From Thermofilum pendens Hrk 5 (GTDB lineage: Archaea; Thermoproteota; Thermoprotei; Thermofilales; Thermofilaceae), in NCBI RefSeq assembly GCF_000015225.1, contig NC_008698.1:1560001-1592000 (forward strand): 32,000 nucleotides of DNA, read 5' to 3'. The position numbers were made by a program, and so were the translations under genes. The notes under the pieces were generated by a model. It was not told where the DNA came from. It saw nothing but the letters and a program-made list of their open reading frames with translations, and searched no databases. Positions 7,679 through 13,071 of this stretch are shown one piece after another. Positions within the stretch are counted from its first letter, which is position 1; each line of letters starts with the position of its first letter.

Positions 7679-9174
7679 AAATACTAGCAGTAGACGTTGG
7701 CACTAGTACTTTAAAGTCAGCGCTGGTTGATCTCGAGAAAGGAGTTACCGGCTTTGTGAGGAAAGAAATACCTATTCTTAGGCCGGAGCCCGAAGCTGCA
7801 GAGCACGATCCAGAAACTCTTTTCAGAATGGTATTGGAGAACCTAAAGGAAACTTTAGCGAAGGCCGGAGTCAGCGAAGTGGATTGCTTGGTGCTTTCAG
7901 GGTACCTCTTTGGCGTGTTGGCTCTCGATAGCAAAGGAGAACCGCTTACGAATGTTTTAACCTGGCTGGACAGACGGGCTACAAGGACGCTGAGAACCTT
8001 ATTCCAGGTTCTCAACCCCGTGGACGTTTATCGGAGAACCGGGTGCCCACCTCTATTCATTTACCCGCTCGCAAAGATTTTTTGGCTGAAAACCGCTAGA
8101 GAAAACACTTATCGTGCAACAAAACGCTTTCTAGATGCTAAAGGGTACTTACTGCTACGCCTTACCGGAGAAGAAGTTATGGAAGTAAGCTCTGCCTCAG
8201 GATCTCAGCTCCTCAACCTAGAGAGAAAGGACTGGGACCACGAGATAATTCACAGCGCAGGATTGGACCTCGATAAGCTACCTCAGCTCGTAGAGCCAGA
8301 TACTATTGTTGGAGACGTGCCAGTCAGCATTGCGAGAAGCATCGGGCTGAAATCGCCCGTACCAGTAGTAGCAGGAGTATTTGACGGGGCAGCAGTGTCT
8401 TTAGGACTGGGTGGACTTGAGGAAGACGTAGCTACCTCTCACCTATCTACCAGTACTATGCTCAGAGTGGCGAGCAGGATTCCCGTTATAGACTCTTCTC
8501 CGAAAATGCGTTTTCAAACGTACTACTCTCTACGCGGCTATTGGCTACCCGGTGGTGCCGTGAACAGCGGAGCTGTTGTCCTGAGATGGTTTAGGGACAA
8601 TTTCGCACAACTAGAAAGACTGGTAGCGCAAGAACTGGGGGTGAGCGAATACGAGTTACTGGACAATGAGGCGGCGCTATCTCCTCCGGGCTCTAACGGG
8701 GTAGTCTTCCTCCCGTATATCAGCGGAGAAAGATTTCCAGAATTTGGGAACAATGCTAGCGGCGTTATTTACGGTTTGCGAGAATGGCATACAAGGAAAG
8801 ATGTGCTACGCGCCATAATGGAGGGAGTAGCATTTAACTTAAACCTTGTTAACGAAGCTCTAAGAGAGAACGGTCTGAGCTTCAGAGAAGTGAGAATCAC
8901 GGGTGGAGGTGCTAACTCGCGGCTATGGCTACAAATACTCGCCGACGTACTCGGAGTACCCATAAAGGCATTTACCAAAGGAGATGCGGCGCTACTCGGT
9001 TCCTCGTTTGTAGCGAAAATTGCAATAGAGGGTAACGCCGCCGGAGTAGAGCATTTAGTCAAGTTCGATAAAACCGTTGAGCCGATACCAGAAAATCAGC
9101 GAATATACATGGAAAGGTTTAAAGAGTTCAAGTACCTGCTAAATGCGTTGCTTCCCATGTTCTCCGCGCGCTAA
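7675..9174 (+). CDS. FGGY-family carbohydrate kinase, paralogue 2 (substrate unknown)
   Basis: MKILAVDVGTSTLKSA, TGCPPLFIYPLAKIFWL, LSPPGSNGVVFLPYISGERFP, LRAIMEGVAFNL and ITGGGANS. Its ATG overlaps the regulator stop (ATGA at 7675-7678). Confidence 0.85.
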   Translation: MKILAVDVGTSTLKSALVDLEKGVTGFVRKEIPILRPEPEAAEHDPETLFRMVLENLKETLAKAGVSEVDCLVLSGYLFGVLALDSKGEPLTNVLTWLDRRATRTLRTLFQVLNPVDVYRRTGCPPLFIYPLAKIFWLKTARENTYRATKRFLDAKGYLLLRLTGEEVMEVSSASGSQLLNLERKDWDHEIIHSAGLDLDKLPQLVEPDTIVGDVPVSIARSIGLKSPVPVVAGVFDGAAVSLGLGGLEEDVATSHLSTSTMLRVASRIPVIDSSPKMRFQTYYSLRGYWLPGGAVNSGAVVLRWFRDNFAQLERLVAQELGVSEYELLDNEAALSPPGSNGVVFLPYISGERFPEFGNNASGVIYGLREWHTRKDVLRAIMEGVAFNLNLVNEALRENGLSFREVRITGGGANSRLWLQILADVLGVPIKAFTKGDAALLGSSFVAKIAIEGNAAGVEHLVKFDKTVEPIPENQRIYMERFKEFKYLLNALLPMFSAR

Positions 9175-10187
9175 GTTCTTAGATTAGCCCTGGTACCCCT
9201 CTTAAGAACCTCTGGATTTACCATGTACTCAAGCGGTGCTTCTCCGCGGATAACCTTTAGTATTGCATCAGCATTGGCTTCGTCCATCCCCCTGAGTCCC
9301 TCGTAGGTATTTGCACCTATGTGCGGCGTGATAACGACGTTTCTATACTTTAGCAGAGGATGATCTGCTCCTATGGGTTCTCCTTCTACGACGTCAAGGC
9401 CTACTCCTGCAATTTTTCCCGACTCTAAGCCCTTTATAAGAGCATTAGTATCTATCAGCTCGCCTCTAGCAGTATTTACTACTATGACTCCTTTCTTCAT
9501 TTTATCTATCTCTTTCTCGCCGATCATGTGGTATGTTTCCTTCGTGAGAGGTGCATGTAGCAGTATTATATCGGACTCCCTTAGGAGCGTATCCAGATCT
9601 ACAAGCTCGGCTCCAAACCGGGCGGCATAGTCTTTTCCTACAAATGGGTCGTACGCTACAACTTTGGCATTGAAACCTCTAGAGAAAATTTCTGCAACTC
9701 TACTACCAATGTTCCCTAAACCGATTATGCCAACAGTCTTTCCTGAGATATTAACACCGACAATTTTACCCCTCTCAGCCCATTTTCCCTCTCGAACCAG
9801 CGTGGCGGCCTGGCAAACCTTACGCGCTACGTTTAGGCACAAGGCCACAGCAAGTTCCGCCACAGCGTCTCTCTCTCTTGATCCAGGAACCCTTGTAACT
9901 ATTACGCCCTGCTCTGTCGCCGCATCTACATCTACGTTATCGTAACCGATCCCATGCCTTGCTATGAGCAATAAGCTTCGGTTGTTCTCGAAGAACTCTC
10001 TATCGTAGAGAGGAGTTACACTAGCAATGATGAAATGGTATCCTTCGAGCTTTTCAGCTAGCGCTTTACCTCTCAGAGTTTTTTCGACGTCGATAAAATC
10101 GATCTGAGCCACTTCCTGCAATTTTTGTAGAACATCGGGCGCAATTACCCCGAAAGACCTTGAATTAACAACAGCTATTTTGTACAT
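9171..10187 (-). CDS. D-isomer-specific 2-hydroxyacid dehydrogenase (glyoxylate/hydroxypyruvate reductase or phosphoglycerate dehydrogenase-like)
   Basis: NAD-binding GKTVGIIGLGNIGSRVA....VVAYDP; LHAPLTKETYHMIG; VVNTARGELID; GLDVVEGEP...HPLL...NVVITPHIGANT (catalytic His region). Confidence 0.85.
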   Translation of the reverse strand: MYKIAVVNSRSFGVIAPDVLQKLQEVAQIDFIDVEKTLRGKALAEKLEGYHFIIASVTPLYDREFFENNRSLLLIARHGIGYDNVDVDAATEQGVIVTRVPGSRERDAVAELAVALCLNVARKVCQAATLVREGKWAERGKIVGVNISGKTVGIIGLGNIGSRVAEIFSRGFNAKVVAYDPFVGKDYAARFGAELVDLDTLLRESDIILLHAPLTKETYHMIGEKEIDKMKKGVIVVNTARGELIDTNALIKGLESGKIAGVGLDVVEGEPIGADHPLLKYRNVVITPHIGANTYEGLRGMDEANADAILKVIRGEAPLEYMVNPEVLKRGTRANLRT

Positions 10188-10234
10188 ACGATCGATTCGC
10201 TACACCACACAGGTAATAAATATCGCGTTTCCCT

Positions 10235-10274
10235 AATGCATTTGGGTTTATTCTGCGGGAAAATGCATAAACCC
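10235..10274. promoter_or_regulatory. Composite repeat element (operator candidate) in the divergent dehydrogenase/HpcH-aldolase promoter
   Basis: AATGCAT occurs at 10235-10241 and again at 10262-10268. The inverted repeat GGGTTTAT (10244-10251) / ATAAACCC (10267-10274) has a 15-nt spacer. TATA-like TAATAAATAT at 10214-10223 suits the minus gene, and AATTTAAC at 10288-10295 suits the plus gene. Confidence 0.35.
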
Positions 10275-10324
10275 GTTAGGCAAAAACAATTTAACATCAG
10301 AGGGGGTGTGGGCTTGACGAAGAA

Positions 10325-11086
10325 ATGATTGGTAAGCTACCTAGACTCCTCTCGGAAAAGAGAGCGGCGCTTGGCGCCTGGGTCACTATAGGTAACCCCG
10401 AGGTACCCGAGATGCTTTCGCTACTAGGCTTTGACTGGCTTTTATTCGACATGGAGCATGCTCCTCTGGACTTCCAGCTCTTAGAGTACATGCTGATCGC
10501 TGTAAAGAACGATGCAACCCCGCTCGTACGGGTGCCTTTCAATGACCCCGTGTACGTTAAGCGTGTACTCGATCTAGGTGTAGCCGGAATACTGTTCCCT
10601 TTAGTGAACAAGTCGGAGGACGCTAAACTCGCAGTTGCCTCTACGAAGTATCCTCCGAGGGGTATTAGAGGGGTGGGACCTAGGAGGGCTGCTTCCTATG
10701 GTCTGAGAACGAACGAGTACTTCGAAGAGGCAGGCAAGGTACTCGTCGTAGTGCAGATAGAGACGCAGGAAGCGGTAAAGAACATCGAGGAAATACTGTC
10801 TACAGACGGTGTCGACGCTTTCTTCATAGGTCCGAACGACTTATCCTTCTCGTTCGGGTATAGGTCGTGGAAGGAGGAAGCCGTACGCAGGGCGATCGAG
10901 AGGGTTGCGGATGCTTCCCGTAGCCTAGGCGTGCCGGGCGGGATGTACTGCTCCGACGACGAGTCTCTAGAGTTCGCCTTAAGCCTAGGATTTAGCCTCA
11001 TAGCCCTGGGTAGCGACTACAGGTTCCTAGTCGCGGGCGCTAAGAGTAGGCTGGAGAAAGCCAAGAAGCTGTTAGCGCAGGGGTAG
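10325..11086 (+). CDS. HpcH/HpaI-family class II (metal-dependent) 2-keto-3-deoxy-acid aldolase
   Basis: GAWVTIGNPEVPEMLSLLGFDWLLFDMEHAP, PLVRVP, KYPPRGIRG, VVVQIET, DAFFIGPNDLS. These are the characteristic motifs of HpaI/GarL/RhmA-type aldolases, and the 253 aa length fits. Confidence 0.85.
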   Translation: MIGKLPRLLSEKRAALGAWVTIGNPEVPEMLSLLGFDWLLFDMEHAPLDFQLLEYMLIAVKNDATPLVRVPFNDPVYVKRVLDLGVAGILFPLVNKSEDAKLAVASTKYPPRGIRGVGPRRAASYGLRTNEYFEEAGKVLVVVQIETQEAVKNIEEILSTDGVDAFFIGPNDLSFSFGYRSWKEEAVRRAIERVADASRSLGVPGGMYCSDDESLEFALSLGFSLIALGSDYRFLVAGAKSRLEKAKKLLAQG

Positions 11087-11143
11087 GGCGCTACTTTAAG
11101 GTAGCTTTCCGGCCTCCAAGCGGGCGGTTGCCTGGGGCTTTCC

Positions 11144-11884
11144 TCATGGCTGGGCTATCCACTTAAAGCCGTACTTCTCGTAGATCTCTTTGACTTTTTG
11201 GCTACGCAACTGCCTGAAGAGCTGCCTGGCTTTATCCGTGGCCCAAGGTAGCAACGCGAAGACCAGTTTCCCCCTCCTCCCCGTGCTCGGCGCGAAGTAC
11301 GGTAGGCCCCAGTACCTTGCCTCGGTTACCCACATTACCCCCGCGTCTACCACTCCGTGCCTCATAAGCTCCGGTATCTCTCTGTGGTGTATCCTGGTTA
11401 GGTATACGGAGCCTTTAGTGATTAGTTCCAGGTAGTCTCCGCACGCTTCGCTGTACATGTCCCTGAGCAACGCGCCTATACCCTCTGTCACGGGGTTGGG
11501 GATCGCAACTCTCCTATTCCTAATGTCGCACAGATCCTCCACCGGCTTCCCCTGGTAAGCTACAGCTACCTCGCTCTCCGCGTACTCGAACGTGTCCACC
11601 GTTGGGATACCGGCAAGCATCTGCGGGGGTAGCGAGACTATCTCGGGCCTCAGGTTTACAGTTAAAGCTCCAACTCTAAGAGCCTTCCCCAGGGCTCTCT
11701 CCCTGACCAGCCCCGGCGGTATCGTCTCGACGTAAACGGTGAAGCCTAGCGAGTTCAGGTAGTGTACGAGTTCGTCGACCACGAACCATTGATTCCCGGC
11801 TAGGGATAGTGCGACGCCGCTCGTATCGCCCTTCACGTCCACAAGCACGTTGAAGCCGGGCAACGTTATGTCCACGCTATCCAC
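11144..11884 (-). CDS. Hypothetical protein; type-2 periplasmic-binding-protein-like (ModA/WtpA/sulfate-binding-like) pattern, no signal peptide
   Basis: The ORF is convincing (246 aa, GTG start, normal composition). By eye it follows the SBP_bac_11-type pattern: LSLAGNQ.., ..RRVAIPNPVTEGIG.., ..VDAGVMWVTEA.., ..ALLPWA.. and the C-terminal EKYGFKW. There is no N-terminal hydrophobic segment. The functional call is weak. Confidence 0.45.
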   Translation of the reverse strand: MDSVDITLPGFNVLVDVKGDTSGVALSLAGNQWFVVDELVHYLNSLGFTVYVETIPPGLVRERALGKALRVGALTVNLRPEIVSLPPQMLAGIPTVDTFEYAESEVAVAYQGKPVEDLCDIRNRRVAIPNPVTEGIGALLRDMYSEACGDYLELITKGSVYLTRIHHREIPELMRHGVVDAGVMWVTEARYWGLPYFAPSTGRRGKLVFALLPWATDKARQLFRQLRSQKVKEIYEKYGFKWIAQP

Positions 11885-11961
11885 ACGTCACCTAGTGCCC
11901 CTCGGACTTTTAAGCCTGGTGCACCGAAAAACAGTTAATCTGGCGGGCGCTTCTACGCTAC

Positions 11962-12294
11962 GTGCCGTTGAAGGTCGTTGTCCAAGTCTCAGACTTGAAC
12001 AGCGTGCCTCAGGCTCTGAAATCGTGTAGAAACCTGCTCAGCGAGGTACCCGACGCTGTCGTTGAAATAGTCTTCCACCAGACGGCGATAAACGCTCTCG
12101 TTAAGGGGAAAGGATTCGACGACGAAATCAGAGGCTTCGTCGAGCGAGGCGTAGTAATAGCCGCCTGCAGAAACTCCATGAGGGATAGAGGTATTAGGAG
12201 CGAGGACCTGGTGGACGGTGTAACGGTGGTGAATTCCGGTGTCGCCGAGATAGTGAAGAAGGAAAGCGAGGGATGGCTCTACCTAAGACTCTAG
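11962..12294 (+). CDS. DsrE/DsrF-like family small protein (COG1416-type)
   Basis: 110 aa with a GTG start. KVVVQVSD...VEIVFHQTAINALVKG...ERGVVIAACRNSMRDRGI..EDLVDGVTVVNSGVAEIVKKESEGWLYLRL follows the family pattern as I remember it, including the AC.NS cysteine and the C-terminal G(Y/W).Y(I/L) motif. Confidence 0.55.
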   Translation: MPLKVVVQVSDLNSVPQALKSCRNLLSEVPDAVVEIVFHQTAINALVKGKGFDDEIRGFVERGVVIAACRNSMRDRGIRSEDLVDGVTVVNSGVAEIVKKESEGWLYLRL

Positions 12295-12385
12295 CCCAAC
12301 GCGGCGCCCAGAGGTGTCGCAGATCCGCACAGAGGAAGGCTTTTAGTCGAAAAGAATAACTAAGCCCTTTTCCCTTTTTTTCTCT

Positions 12386-13000
12386 GTGCGAGGGCTTTTG
12401 GACTCCGTTAAGCGTAGCATCGTCGAGTACGCCGAGAGCTGGTCCCAGCGTTCGCGGAAGGTTGTAGGCATCTCCGAGGCAGACATCGAGCTTCTCAGGT
12501 CGTCCTGGAGCGATGCCAACGCGTTGATAGACGGCGTGGTCGAGGGCTTTCTCGGCAGGGTCTACGAGGACGAGGAGGTAGCCAGGCTCATCAAGGAGGG
12601 CGCGCTGAGCCTGGAGGAGCTACGCGAGTTCTGCAAGTCGCACCTCATACTGGTATTCAACGGGAACTACGACAGGGCGCACGGGCTCTGGCTTTTCTGG
12701 GTCGGCCTCCGGAACCTCTCGCGCGGCGTCCCTGTGAGGCTCGACATGGAGTTCCTGGGCTTCGCTCTATCCGAGCTACTCACGCGCTTCGACGACCGGG
12801 TGAAGGTCTCCCTCGTCAAGGCTTTCATGTGGACTGCCTCCGTCTTCGCCTCGGCTTACTACGCGTCCGCCGCTCTCTCCTTCTACCTCGCCACGGGCGT
12901 TAGGCGGGAGCTCTCCGAGCGCTTGATCAGGCAGGCGGCGGAGGAGCTCGGCAGGAGCGTCGAGGAGGCTATATCCTCCGGCTCGGGCACCCCCGGCTAG
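12386..13000 (+). CDS. Hypothetical protein with sensor-globin (protoglobin / globin-coupled-sensor)-like domain lacking the proximal His
   Basis: GTG start (TTG at 12398 is the alternative). By-eye alignment to the HemAT-type sensor globin, from memory: VGISEADIELLRSS ~ IGLTEEDLQLLKEL, IDGVVEGFLGRV ~ IDEIVDAFYKNL, SHLILVFNGNYD ~ RHIIELFSGRID, and WVGLRNLSRGVPVRLDMEFLGF ~ [22 protein letters not shown]. See the findings. Confidence 0.4.
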   Translation: MRGLLDSVKRSIVEYAESWSQRSRKVVGISEADIELLRSSWSDANALIDGVVEGFLGRVYEDEEVARLIKEGALSLEELREFCKSHLILVFNGNYDRAHGLWLFWVGLRNLSRGVPVRLDMEFLGFALSELLTRFDDRVKVSLVKAFMWTASVFASAYYASAALSFYLATGVRRELSERLIRQAAEELGRSVEEAISSGSGTPG

Positions 13001-13016
13001 CCCTGCGGGTTAGCGC

Positions 13017-13021
13017 TTTTT
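13017..13021 (+). terminator. Oligo-T tract (T5) 17 nt after the stop of the globin-like gene
   Basis: TAGCGCTTTTTCGAAG, followed by the TATA-like TAAGTAATTTAAG (13028-13040) of the mannosidase gene. The function is inferred. Confidence 0.25.
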
Positions 13022-13071
13022 CGAAGTTAAGTAATTTAAGCACGCTTTGCGCGTAGATTGTTGATGCGTTT

